Part shown: positions 25,096-38,954 of the stretch, one piece after another
How positions within the stretch are numbered: the first letter of the stretch is position 1
Layout of the letters: every line of letters begins with the position of its first letter
Assembly (NCBI RefSeq): GCF_001194135.2
Contig: NC_068981.1
Span: 86,592,448-86,656,447 of the forward strand
DNA from: Octopus bimaculoides
Lineage: Eukaryota
Direction: 5' to 3'
Length of the DNA stretch: 64,000 bases
Notes under the pieces: model-generated
The model's input: only the letters and a program-made list of their open reading frames with translations
What the model was told of the DNA's origin: nothing
The model's database searches: none
Made by a program: the position numbers and the translations under genes

Positions 25096-26649
25096 TCCAT
25101 ATTTTACTTCCTTTCAAGAACATTCACTTTGAACAAGTTTTCCATGCTATACTAAATTAACATGAATTCGAGAAGTATTAATTAGAATGATTTAAATTCC
25201 ATTAGGATGATTTGAATTCCAGTTTTTATTTCAGTTCAAAGAGTCAATGAATGAGGCCAACTTCAGATTCTTCTTTCAAACAATATCAAGAATATAATTT
25301 ATCAATACTCTTACCATCTGTTTTGTTTTACATTCTTTTACCAATCAGAAAGCTTATTTTAGAAACAATTTCTATGAATTAAATTTTTTTTGATCACCCA
25401 TTAAAAAAAAAAATTAAAAATTAAAAAGAAAGCAGGTTTTTATAAAACCCTTAAAAGTATTTCTAATTAGTAATTGAATATTTTGGCTATGAAAATTAAC
25501 ACTTCCAATGTAAAAATGACATGTTTATTTTAAGTAGCACATCTTATCAATTTGTTAAATACTCCATGTTGATTCAAGAGAAACATACCACTTTTGTTTA
25601 TTCATGAATTTATTTCAATTACATTAAAGTCTATCCTTAAGCATATCATTTAACTCCATATGTATGTAGGGTTTCCAATACATCATTCTAAAAATATTTG
25701 CATCAATGTTGTACTGATTTAGATTCTGAATGAATTGTGTGTGTGTGTGTGTGTATTTTCTCCCTTTTACTTGTTTTGGTTATTTGAGCACCACCTTAAA
25801 GGGTTTTAGTTGAAGAAATCGACCCCAGGATTTATTCTTTGTAAGCCTAGTACTTATTCTATCAGTCTCTTTTGCTGAACTGCTAAGTTACAGGAACGTA
25901 AACACACCAACATCAGTTGTCAAGCGATGTTTGGGAGACAAACAGACAGTGCAGGCATGACTGTGTGGTAAAGAAGCTTGCTTCCCAACCACATGGTTCT
26001 GGGTTCTGTCCTCAGGCTGACCAAAGCCTTGTGAGTGGATTTGGTAGAAGGAAACTGAACGAAGCTTGTTGCATATATATGTGTGTGTGTATGTTTGTCT
26101 CCACAACATCACTATTCATAGCATATTGTCTTCTCAACTCTTTAATAACACTGTCAAATGTAATGCTCATTTTTCACATTGTTTTGAATTAACCATGCAT
26201 TATTTTGCTGTTTTGAGATTTTGATGATGTGATTTATCTTTAGCCTATTTTTAGAATGACATTGTGGGGTAGATTTGATAGGCTGGATCTGGCTGGTTTG
26301 AGCATAGAACAACTAGAATATTTGGGTAGGGTGTGGCTGGTTTAAATGCTAAAGGCCAGGTATCATGCCAATTTAGAAATCCATAAAAAATATCCAAATG
26401 TGAAAACCAACATTTAGAAGACTATACATATATGTAAAAGAATTAGATTGAATAAATATGATATGTATATGAGAAAAAAGAGTAACTGTTAATTAGTTTG
26501 CTTATTAAAACTAAAGGTAAAATAATTTGGATGTAATAATATGAATACATTCTAAAGGACAATGTAACTGAAGAAAACATGAAATAAGTCTCTCCTTTTA
26601 AATAAGACTACAATAAATTAGTTATCAGAGTTTCTAAGGTAACAATATA

Positions 26650-26853
26650 TTTCTTATGGCACAAAGCAGGCAGTTTTGGAGGAGGAGGCTAGTTGATTGC
26701 ATTGACCCCTGTGCTTAACTGGTACTTATTTTATCAACCCTGAAAGGATGAAAGGCAAAGTTGACCTTTAAGGAATTTGAACTCAGAACGTAAAGACAGA
26801 TGAACTATTGCTAAGCATTTTACCCAGTGTGATAACAAATCTGCCAGCTCGCC
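26650..26853 (-). mobile_element. tRNA-derived SINE, second family
   Basis: Minus strand GGCGAGCTGGCAGA (A-box) ... GAGTTCAAATTCC (B-box) ... TTTGCCTTTCATCCTTTC..GGTTGATAAAATAAGTACCAG. Further copies at ~36405-36595(+), 44858-45056(-), 45074-45285(-), 54755-55745(-, x5), 60251-60430(+). Confidence 0.8.
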
Positions 26854-27457
26854 ACTTTATATTTCCTATATATGAATAACCAAACTATTAATGGATTAGT
26901 TTGATGTTTGGAGAATCATTTTCAAACTTTATACTCAACATAAAAGAGAAAAGGAATATTGGTTTGATAAACTCTTAAGATATTTATTTTACAACTTGTT
27001 TCTCAAACTGTAGAAGTTAATTCATGCAAATAAAAACCAGAGTCTATGGAAACTGATGTTGGTCAGTGTTGGTAAAAAAATAATAATTTAGTAAAGTTCA
27101 CAAGTTTGGAAGAATTCGTCTGTTGAGGAATGATGAGGGTATTGGCATTCAGAGGAAATCCTCCATCAGAGGAAAAAAATTTTTTAATGTCTATGGAAGC
27201 ACTGAGTATATTTGTTAGAAGAATATGTCAGGTAAGAGAAAAGTATTAAGAGGAAAGTATTAGGGAGGGAAGAAATGAAAGAGGTGTTAATGGGATAGGG
27301 TAGCAAAGTGATCAAGCAAAAATGGGCAATAATGGGCAAAAATGGACAATAATGGGCAACAGAACAAAAGAAAAAAATACAGATGGGGTGACATTAAAAG
27401 ACTGCAATGTATTAAAGTAGTGTATACATAAGTACACTACACACACATACACACACT

Positions 27458-27488
<31 letters not shown>

Positions 27489-27723
27489 CACTACATGACC
27501 CTGGTTACAGAGTTTGGGTCATTTCTAAAGAGAGAGTAGTAATATATGGCTAGTTCTAGGAAGGCACTAAACATCAAGTATCTTTATTTTGCACCACTAA
27601 GTTCTTATTGTAGATGACTACAATTACCCAATCGAAATCAATCAGTCAATCTCCCTCCTCTCTCTCTCCAACTATGTGTGTGTGTGAGAGAGAGAGAGAG
27701 TATGTTTGTATGTATGTATTTAT

Positions 27724-28967
27724 AGTCTGCCGAATGCCGACCCAACAGAAGGACCAGCTATCCGAATTGACAGTATTCTGGTAGATAAAGCAATTAAGGG
27801 TATGAAGACAGGGAAAGCCCCCGGCCCAACAGGAATCACCGCAGAGATGCTCAAAATATCTGGCGGTGTCGGTTATAGCCTAGTCACCCATATAGTTAAC
27901 CAGGTGATACATGAAGGAGTCATACCAGATGACTGGTGTAACAGCACCATAGTCAACTGCTACAAAGGTAAAGGTGACGCTCGTCTGAGGACATGCATAA
28001 CCTTGCAAGGAATGAAGCCAGTATGCTCCGCTGGATGTGTAATGTCAGTGTGCATACACGACAGAGTGTAAGCACCCTGAGAGAAAAGTTGGATTTAAGA
28101 AGCATCAGATGTGGTGTGCAAGAGAGACGACTGCACTGATATGGTCATGTGTTGCAAATGGATGAGGACAGCTGCAGGAAAAAGTGTCATACCCTAGCAG
28201 TTGAGGGAACCTGTGGAAGAGGTAGACCCAGGAAAGCCTGGGATGAGGTGATGAGCACGACCTTCGAACATTGGGCCTCACTGAGGCAATGACTAGTGAC
28301 CAAGACTTTTGGAGATATGCTGTGCTTGAGAAGACCCGACAAACCAAGTGAGACCATAGCCTATGGCCTAGGCCAGTGGGTGTAACCAGCCTACTTATGA
28401 ATACCTCTCATTCATTGGACAATAAACTTTGCTTCCGAAGACCTATTGAGGCAAGTAAAAACAAATCAAAATTGCTGACGTGGCCGATGACAGTACTACC
28501 TGATTGGCACTCATGCCAGTGGAACGTTAAAAGCACATCTGAGCGTGATCATTGCTAGGGCCATGGATTGGCTCCCATGCTGGTGACACATGAAAAACAC
28601 CATTTGAGCGTGATCGTTGCCAGCATCGCCTTACTGGCACATGTGCCAGTGGTACGTGAAAAACAACATTCGAGCATGGCCATTGCCAGTGCCGTCAGAC
28701 TGGCTCCTGTGCATGTAGCACGTAAAAACACCTTTGAGTGTGGTCGTTGCCAGAACCGCCAGACTGGCCCTCATGTCGGTGGCACGTAAAAGCACCCACT
28801 ACACTCTCGGAGTGGTTGGCATTAGAAAGAGCATCCAGCTGTAGAAACACTGCCAAATCAGATTAAGACTATAAATACATACATACAAACATACTCAGTC
28901 AAACCATCCAACCCATGCCAGCATGGAAAGCAGACGTTAATGATGATGATGATGATGATGATGATGA
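27724..28967 (+). mobile_element. Internally deleted RTE LINE
   Basis: LPNADPTEGPAIRID...KTGKAPGPTGITAEMLK...VIPDDWCNSTIVNCYKGKGDA is joined at ~27980 directly to ARNEASMLRWMC...GRGRPRK. The 3'UTR carries ~60-bp tandem modules and a (GAT)n tail. Confidence 0.9.
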
Positions 28968-31939
28968 CATACACATACACTTACTTATACACAGAAATTT
29001 ATACAAATAAGCAGGAAAAGAAATAAGGTTAATAGAAAGGCCACTGTGTGGCTGTAAGAGATGGGAACATCAATGAGAAGAAGAGTTAAAATCAGGAAAT
29101 GGGAGTATGAATTAGGAAAACTGATTGTTTATGCCTGTTTGTGAAGCCATATCAATAGTGAAGTCAGGGCTTTCTTATATTTATGTATATAAAAGGATCA
29201 GTGGTGTGTAGCAATCCCAAAATAAGAGATTGTCAAGGGAATACACTGACAAATTGAAATAGCAAACCATAGGTTTGCAAATGTCCTGAGTGTCATTATA
29301 AATGTGAATGGTGATGCTTGCAGAAATTGTCCTTTGAACTGTGGACAAGGTGGTATGAGAAAGTTTGGTATGTTACAGGATCAAGGACAAGAAAGAATAT
29401 GCGACAGGAGAATTAATTTTAATGGAAATGTCAGCAGGAATATAAATAAGGGAATTCAGTCTTCAGACATGTGTGATTTGGCTGATATGGGTCCCACACT
29501 TAACCAAGCCTGTTGACCTTATCATTCAGCTGCATACTCATTCTGACAATCAGACAAGTGTACAAATGATTAATGAGACTCATCTCTTTTACAAAGTACT
29601 TTGGCAGTTAGAAGTGACAATGGGGAGTTTACTGGTCTTCCTAGCTTGCCTCCTTTGCTCTGTTGCATGTTGGTCTTTGAGCAACAAGGAGCACTATTTT
29701 AACCTGGTCCAATGGTATACTTCAAGTGGCAAGATTTATGGCAAATGGTTTTAGATATGATTTAAGCATCTCCTTATATTGCATCGTCTAATCTCTGAGA
29801 CAACTTCTTTTGTAGCTTGTTATAAAACAGTTTGTGGGGAGCTGATTGTCTGATATGAGAGCTACCTGTCTTACCCAGGCGTAGCTGGGATTATATCAGT
29901 AGTTTTTGAGTGGGTAGCATCCAATAAGTAAAGAGAGAGAACTCAAACTTTTGCTAATAGAAACCATTTCAATACACAAGTTTAAAAGAAACATTAGAAA
30001 CCACCAGTTTATATTTGAAATGCCTGGTTTAACAAAAAAGCAATACACATGCTTACCATTGTAGCAAATGGATTTTAGAAATGTCTTTTTGTTTGTTCTC
30101 AGTATTTCCAATATACTATGAAACATTATTGTTGCTTTTTCTCAAGTTCAATGAATAGTGTCAAACTGAGAAACACTATATATCATTAGTTCCATCTAAA
30201 CTGCACATTAGTGATTACACATATGAACACTAATATAGTCAGTTTAGTTCAGCTTTTACCTCTCTACAAATGAATTTCAATGACTTCTCTTAATGTTGCA
30301 AGATATACATATCTAACAATCATTAAACAGAATATTAAAATATTCATCTTAATATTCTGTATGCACATTGCATATCAGAAAGAGTAATATATTATTTCAT
30401 TTGAAAACTGATGAACAACTACCTATGTACAGTGCCATACAAAATACAATAACTGCATGCGGAAAGTTATTAAAGCATTTGGGTTGCTATTTCTAACAGG
30501 TAAAGCTAGGCTGATTCATGCCATCTTGGTTGGCATTTATCAGATGCTGTCAGAGAGCAAGGGGAAGATAAATGACATTCACTTCGTTAATTTTACATCA
30601 AGATAATAACTTTGGGATGAATTGGCCAACAGCTGGAATTCAACTTGGACTGGAACAATAGAATGATTGCATTACAGAATTAATTCTCATCCATCCTTAA
30701 CCTCTAATAAAACACCACCGGGGCATATAGTCATGTTATTTAGCTGTCTTTAGTTTGGAGCCGCAGGCTCAATTAGCCCTCTGCAGGAGCTAGCTGAAAA
30801 GTCCACAAAAGTGCAGCTTTTAAGCTAGTCTTGAATAAAGAAACATTTGACACTTCAGTGTGATAGCCGAGTCAATAGGTTAACAAACAAACTAACTGGG
30901 AAATTGGTAGTTCATATCCTGTTACTAGTACTGTATTGCATCAGCCACCAAGTTCAGTCTACCTAATAGTAATTAGGTTGTGCAGAGTGGATACAATTCA
31001 CTGCTGTAAGTAGTGAAAAATGAATGTTCTACTTGCTCACATAGTTCAGTTCAATGCTACTACTAAAAAATATCACACATGCTAGATTAGTATCTTATCC
31101 TGGTGGATATTTGTCTATCATCTGCTTAATATTATAAGGAATTAGAGATAAATATTGGCTCAATAGATCATAGATTGTTTTCTAATATCTTTAAAAGTTG
31201 TATTACTTAAGCAGTCAAAGCACTGAATTGATAAAGCCCCACACTATCTGATAGTCTTTATTTTTGGATAAAAATCTTAGTGGGCTTAACTTTATATTTC
31301 ATCTGATTGACTTTGATAAAAGATGTACCATTAATATATTGGAATTACTTCAATGGATTATCCCCTATTCCCATTTCTGCAATTAAGGGCAACAAATGTT
31401 GGCTTTGGGTTCCCCCAACAAGAAAAAATATTCTACAGCTTTCGAAGATGCATTCTAAAACAACTAGCCCTACACTACATAAAAACATCACACACACACG
31501 TCATTCACATATATGTATCATTGTTTGTTGGGTGCTTGGGTGCACAAAACTTAAAGCTCTGTTTTGATTCTCTCCTGGAAGCTACTACACTGCCATGGAG
31601 AGTGATCAGCTGAAATACTTGGGTAGTTCCTTAAAGACTGTTTAAGTCTATCACTGGTTTGCCTATGGTAATAGGAGGTGGGATTTGAACTCAGAATGCA
31701 CTGAGTGTAAACGGATACCATAAGGCATAGCCCTCAATACTCTAACATTCCACCCACCAAAACACCATTTTGGCTGGTGCTATATCTGTTTACCTTGGAA
31801 AGGTGAAAAACAAAGTTAACCTAGAGGGGATTTGGACACAAAGCCAGAACAAACACAAGATATTCTTTCTGATGCTCTAATGATTCTGCCAATTCAACAC
31901 CATATATATATAATTTTCATTCAAGTTAGGCATTAATAG

Positions 31940-32620
31940 GCATCAGATGTGGCGTGCAAGAGAGATGACTGTGCTGGTATGGTCATATGATGCATATGAA
32001 TGAGACCAGCTGTGTAAAGAAGTGCTGATCTCTAACTGTGGAGGGAACCCGTGGTAGAGGCAGACCCAGGAAAACATGGCAAGAAGTGGTAAAGCATGAT
32101 CTTCAAACTTTGAGCCTCGCAGAGGCAATGACTAGTGATTGAGACCTTTGGCGATATGCTGTGCTTGAGAAGACCCATCAAGCCAAGTGAAATTGTAGTC
32201 ATGGCTGATGTTGGTGTCACGTAACTGGCACCTATGGTGGTGGCATGTAAAGAGCACCGTTCGAGCATTGGGCCTCACGGAAGCAAAGTGGCTGAGTTCC
32301 TTCCAAGTGTTGGGCCTCACAGAGGCAATGACTGAGACCTTTGGCATTTTGTCATGCTTGAGAAAAAGACCCATCAAGCTGAGCAAAATCAGTCATGGCA
32401 GATTCCGGTGTCACGCAAATGGCACCAGTGCAGGTGGCATGTAAAAGCACCCATTATACTCTCAGAGTGGTTGCTGTTAGGAAGGGCATCCAGCTGTAGA
32501 AAACCATGTCAAATGAGACTGGAGTCTGGTGCAGCCTTCCAGCTCACCAGCCTTGGTCAAACTGTCCAATCCATGCCAGCATGGACATCGAATGTTAAAT
32601 GATGATGATGATGATGATGA
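31940..32620 (+). mobile_element. 5'-truncated RTE LINE (ORF end plus 3'UTR)
   Basis: IRCGVQE..L.WYGH...GRGRPRKTW.EVVKHDL motif, duplicated 3'UTR module and (GAT)n tail. Confidence 0.85.
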
Positions 32621-33683
32621 TTTACATCCATTTTATCATGCTAGCATGGGTTAGACAAATACATTTTAGTTGGCATTGTTTTTATGGCTGGATGTCCTTT
32701 CTGTTACTAACACTCTTTTTCAAGCAAGGGAGGTTTTGTTCCGATTATCTTTGAAAGCAGGGAACTACCAGGTAATTTGTTGACAGGAAAATGTCAACAA
32801 ACTTCCTGAAGTGGCTTATACTAGGTGATGAAAGGTTGGAGTATGAAAGAAGGTACTGGAACAGGTTTCTTGTTGCAGAAGAGTGAGTTGGAGCAACCAA
32901 GGTGGAGCTGGAAAGAGAGATAAGAAAGTGGTGATGAGATGCCAGGGTATACCCTCAAGTTCAAAACTGAGTAGAAGTAACTGGGGACAGAAGAACAGGA
33001 AGTGTCAGTGAGTAGGAGTTGTCAGAGAGTGTGAGGGAAATAAGGCACGGTTAGATATGTGTTAAGGATGAGGAGATGCAATTATAATGAATGAAGAAGA
33101 AGGGTTGTATTAGTCAAAAAATGAGCAAAATCATAAAGTTTCAGAATCTTAAATCATAACTGTGATATTTTTTGTCGATTCCAAAAGCTTTATTGAATAT
33201 GTTAAATATATTGGCAAGGTAAAACTTTATGCCTTAATCTAAACAATTATGGAACCATTAGAAACCAACAAGACAACTAAGTTAACTGAATCATGAAAAA
33301 GAATTGTGCTTACAGATCTGAGTTGAAATCCTTCCAAGGTCGTTCTAATATGTAGAAGCCCAGAAGACATCAATGGAAGATCTTTAAAGGTTTTACTTTA
33401 TATGTAATATTCTTATAAAGACCGCATTCAGGTTCAGGGTCACTTGTAGAGAAAATGTGTGCTGTATTTAACTTTCTTCATTCTATGTAAGAAAGAATTA
33501 AAATCAATAAGTGAAAAGCTATAGAAACAAATAAAATATATATGATAGATTAAAAAAATATATATATATAAAGACTCTAGAAAACTAATGTAACAAGCAA
33601 AATATAAGTGTTTGAAAATATACATTTTTGAAAGCATTACTATCTTCAAATTTGAAGCACTGCTTTTCAGTAAAGGCATACTT

Positions 33684-33733
<50 letters not shown>

Positions 33734-34300
33734 TGTTGTATTATGTGTATGTGAAGGAAAAGAGAGAGTGGGGGTGGAGAGATATGGTCAATATAACTTA
33801 TTTCCCACTATGATTTTAGTTATTGTTTTCAGTAGTTTTTGGTTCAAAGTTTATTTAAAGCAAAGTATATTTAAGTAGTATCTGAATATACTGAAAAACT
33901 AATAAAAAAAAAAAAAAAAGAAAGAAAAGAAAAATTAAATTGCACATTACAGCAATAATATTTAAAAAAGAAGATAAACAAAGAATGTTCTTGATAGTAA
34001 AGTACTTACAGGAAGTTTATGTCATTTCATAAACATTCATATCTTTTAAAAAATACAGTAGCTAAGGCTAAACATTCAAATGAATAACTTCATTGACAGA
34101 CAGGCCTTAGGCACAGGTTGTGAGTTGTGGAAAAACCTAATTATTTATATAGCACTTTGTAATGAATATCTTAAAGAATTAACAAATCACAATAAGTATT
34201 AAAGTATCAATGCTATAGAGTGGATAGTAAAGTATTTACTGATAAATAACTAGGATACAGATTGTTAACCCTTTCTTTTGTCTTTATCCACCAGCTAGAC

Positions 34301-34519
34301 CAGTGGTTCTCAATCAGGGTCCATATCGTCCATGGGGATCCATGTAATTTTGTTATTAAAATTTATTTGCAATAAATTTGTTATGCTTCTATAATTCACA
34401 AAATATTTTAAACAATTTATAATATGAGTTTTAAAGCATCGAATGGTCACAAGAGTCTATCGGAGTAAAATAGGAATGAAAGAGGTCTGTAGGTAAGAAA
34501 AAATGGTTGAGAAACACTG
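34301..34519. mobile_element. hAT (Charlie-type) MITE
   Basis: TIRs CAGTGGTTCTCAA / TTGAGAAACACTG. 8-bp TSD AGCTAGAC (34293-34300) / AGCTAGAT (34520-34527) with the central TAG typical of Charlie-type elements. Confidence 0.8.
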
Positions 34520-37392
34520 AGCTAGATGTATTTTATCATTCAACACTTTACTTTAAAGCAAAGGGGATGGGGAGACACAGAAAACAGAAGAGGGAAGAAC
34601 TTGAGTAAGGTTTTACACTTAAACATTGTAGAACACTTCATTTTCGGGTATATTATTTTTACACTTTGCCAGGTAAATTTTTACTCCAAAAGATAAATTA
34701 ACCTCTTGTTAGATCAAAGATATTGCTGATAGTATAATGTAAATGAACTGACCTAGGTCATACACAAAACAGCTATGTTCCTTAAATTAAATCTTCAGGC
34801 AGAAGATTGGAGTTTGAATTAAAATCTGAAGAGCAAATTTTCTTTTAAAATAAATATAAACAGTGATTAAATTTTTCAAAATATAAACATTAGTGATATC
34901 AAAATTATATATTTTTAATTTAACAAGGACCAAGATTTTATTTTGTTTTAAAATTAAACAAAACCCCAAATAGTATTACGATTGTTCCACCAGTAAGCTA
35001 TGACCATGCTGTGGGGAGCACCAACATTAGCATGAAACTAAAAATTAGTAAAATACATGAAAGTATTTTCTACATATAATGAAAAATGATAAGTTTGTAC
35101 AGCTCAAGTAAATGAACATAATGTTAAAGTGTTATGTTTATGTATGAGAAAAGAAAATGGATCATGTAACACTGTTTATAAGGTATATATTTGAGAAAAT
35201 GCTAAAATGTAAGTATACACAAAATTTGAAATGTATAGTTGGTTTAACCTAAGATTAAATAGTGGATACACATTTAGATTTTTAAACCAAGTCAAGTGTC
35301 CGAACACCAAAATTATTCATACGAGAATTTAAATGAAAAAGAAAAAGAAAAATACAGAGGGACTCAACTGACATCACTTAGACATCAACAAGGGAATATG
35401 TATTCAAAGTTCCAGCAGGGACATACATTAGGTGACCCAGCATGGCTGCAGTCTAATGACTAAAACGAGTAAGAGATGAGTATTCTTTGTATGATCACAT
35501 TTTTCTTTACTAAAACACTATAAGTATCAATAGTGTTTTTCAATTTGTGTAAAGAGAATTTATACAAAGAAAGAGACAAATAAATGGAAAGAGAAAGAAA
35601 GAACTTACAGTTAGTTGTTTAAAGTTAATTATTTTCAAGCTTCTTCAGGTGATATTTTTTAATCCAAAGATAGAAACAATATATTACTGTGTAAGCTAAA
35701 ACTGACTGATAGTAACTGAAGGCAGCTTAGATGAATGTAAATATGTTCATTGATATTAATAAACCTCTAAGCAGTTAGAGACTAGTTCCTGTTCAAGCAC
35801 AATTGATTTACATACAAGAATAAAGGAGTGGAAGATAGACTTATTTTAGCTCATTCTTTATAAGGAGTTAAACAGTACAAGAGCTCATTTATATGAAAGT
35901 TGAAAATTGTTATAACAAATATCTAAATAGACTGTAAAATATAAATATCCTGATAGACAGACATTAAAACACAGACATCCTGATAGACATTAGAAGAGAT
36001 ATCCTGGTAGCAATTGAAAAGAAAATGTGATTGGAAAATAAAACTCGTATATGAATAAAAAATTATTACATTCAGCATACTTAGCATAGCTGCATTTCAA
36101 TGACTGAAGCTAGTAAAAGGGTAAAGATACATGAATCTTACTCTTTAATCCTTTAGCATTCAGATTACTCTGTCAAATGTAATGCTTATATATTCACATT
36201 GTTCTGAATTAATTATGTATTATCTTGTAGCTTCAAGGTTCCAATGATATTATGTATTATCTTGTAGCTTCAAGATTCCAATGATGTGACTGTTTACTTT
36301 TAGAATGACATTGTAGGGTAGGTGTGAGATGCTGGATCTGGCTGGTTTGAACATTAAACAGGTAGAATATTTGAGCCTAAAATGGAGTTACGGAAAGAAC
36401 AGAATGGTAGACTGGTAGAAATGTCAGAGCATGGATAAAATACCTTGTAGTATTTAGTAACGGCCAATTATGTTCTGAGTTCAAGTTCTACTGTGGTTAG
36501 TGTTCTTTTGTCCTTCTGGTGTCAATAAAATGTAGTACTAGTCAGGTGGGGGTGATATAAGTAACTGCTCCCCTCTCCCTTATACCTATATTAGAAATTA
36601 CCATTTGAAGACTGAAGAAACATAAGAGAGTACAGTTATCTCTAACAGTTCAGGTTTTACATATATTTTCTCATGTAGAAGTGTGAAATGGCAAAAATAG
36701 CACAGCACCAGTAAAGAAAAGCATTATGTACTTTTACATTCAGAGTTCGAGTTGACAGTTTTCATCCCACTAAAGTCAACAAAGTACTAGCTAGACAACT
36801 CCATTAGTCACAGCTTTTTGAAGTTCGTTTTCTTTCTCATGATAAGAAATTAATATTTTCTTTATCTAAAATGTATACAAATTTTATGTTATACCATATG
36901 TTGTTCTTTTGAATAACAAACTGAAAATACAAGTCCTAAGAAAAAAAAAAAAAGGCTTGTGTTGGTGTTTGTTTGGGATTAAACTATGTCTCAAGCCTAC
37001 AGGTTCATTAGGCTCATCCTAGTTTCCATGGCATTTAAGTGGTGAAGACTATTTAGCTCCTCTCTAAGTGGAACACCAATCTATAACAGGATTAGGCCTC
37101 AGCTGTTGCTCATACACCTTTTCAGCTGTGCTGACTGGAACAAGGGGAAATGAAGTGCTTTGTTTAAGGATACGAAGTGCCAAATAGTTCAGAACAGAAA
37201 CTGAAATCACAACCTTATGATTGTGAACCCAATACTGTGATTTATTTGTTTGTTTGTTTTTGTTCAAAACATTTCTTTTGTTCAGACAATGGTTTACAAA
37301 GTAAGACAGTTAATGACATTGTTTATATGGTAGTCAATTTTTTTTTTGCATTAATCTTCAAATGTGGGTGCATTCAAGTGATTAGTCTGGTA

Positions 37393-38745
37393 TCTATATA
37401 TATATAAAAATGAGAATGTGTGTCTGTCTGTGTGAATCCCTAAAACTCGAGAACTACGCAACCAATTTCATTCAAATTTTACACATGCCTTACTTAGGGT
37501 TCCAGTTGTGTTTTAGTCAAAAAAAATTATTAACTTCTTGCAGAGTTCGAGCACACGGCAACATAATATCTCCTCCACTATTTAAGTATTACGTGTCAAA
37601 AGTGAAACAAAAACACTCATGTCAAATACTTTCACTTTAAAAATGAAACTATTCCACTAACTGAAACAATCACATTTCGATACTGTAGTGACAGATACTT
37701 TCACAGAGAGAGAAAGAGAGAGAGAGAGAGATGTANNNNNNNNNNNNNNNNNNNNNNNNNNNNNNNNNNNNNNNNNNNNNNNNNNNNNNNNNNNNNNNNN
37801 NNNNNNNNNNNNNNNNNNNNNNNNNNNNNNNNNNNNNNNNNNNNNNNNNNNNNNNNNNNNNNNNNNNNNNNNNNNNNNNNNNNNNNNNNNNNNNNNNNNN
37901 NNNNNNNNNNNNNNNNNNNNNNNNNNNNNNNNNNNNNNNNNNNNNNNNNNNNNNNNNNNNNNNNNNNNNNNNNNNNNNNNNNNNNNNNNNNNNNNNNNNN
38001 NNNNNNNNNNNNNNNNNNNNNNNNNNNNNNNNNNNNNNNNNNNNNNNNNNNNNNNNNNNNNNNNNNNNNNNNNNNNNNNNNNNNNNNNNNNNNNNNNNNN
38101 NNNNNNNNNNNNNNNNNNNNNNNNNNNNNNNNNNNNNNNNNNNNNNNNNNNNNNNNNNNNNNNNNNNNNNNNNNNNNNNNNNNNNNNNNNNNNNNNNNNN
38201 NNNNNNNNNNNNNNNNNNNNNNNNNNNNNNNNNNNNNNNNNNNNNNNNNNNNNNNNNNNNNNNNNNNNNNNNNNNNNNNNNNNNNNNNNNNNNNNNNNNN
38301 NNNNNNNNNNNNNNNNNNNNNNNNNNNNNNNNNNNNNNNNNNNNNNNNNNNNNNNNNNNNNNNNNNNNNNNNNNNNNNNNNNNNNNNNNNNNNNNNNNNN
38401 NNNNNNNNNNNNNNNNNNNNNNNNNNNNNNNNNNNNNNNNNNNNNNNNNNNNNNNNNNNNNNNAACAAAAAACCTATTTGTATATGCTCCACAAGGGAAA
38501 ACAAGGAACATAGTTTACAATGAGGTGTTATAAAATCACAACAGCAAGAAAGTATGTACATGATCACCTTCTTTTACGAAACTTCATTGACTTTCATATA
38601 TTTATATTGATATACATATATATACGTGTGTTTGGGTGCGTGTGTGTATATACATCTCTATATATAAAGATGATGCGTAGTCTAGACGGCGTTTTTAGAT
38701 TTCATTATTCTCTTTAACCCGGGCAACGCCGGGTATTTCTGCTAG
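37393..38745 (+). mobile_element. Non-autonomous Helitron (gap inside)
   Basis: A|TC 5' start (TCTATATATATAAAAATGAG), 3' hairpin ACCCGG-GCAACG-CCGGGT (38717-38734) and CTAG|T end. A 5' fragment of the same family lies at 45349-45422. Confidence 0.8.
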
Positions 38746-38954
38746 TACAAAATATTAGTACAGATACTTTGTGTTACAAAAGCATCTCAACCACATGGTT
38801 TCAAGTTTAGTCACACTCAACAGCACTTTGGGCAAGTCTTTTATATTATAGTCTACAGCTAACAATGCTTTGTGAGTGAATTTGGTTGGTGGAAACTGAA
38901 CGAGGCTTATTGTATTCACAATGATAAAAAAAAACAAAAAAAGAAAAGATTCAA

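Noticed and set aside
29240-29900. Short ORFs (70 and 93 aa) in moderately GC-rich DNA
   Set aside because: No recognisable motifs or convincing splice sites; probably an unidentifiable decayed TE.
33314-33442. Minus-strand 129-bp segment with good acceptor and donor
   Set aside because: All three frames contain stops. It would need an indel to be coding, so it is not called.
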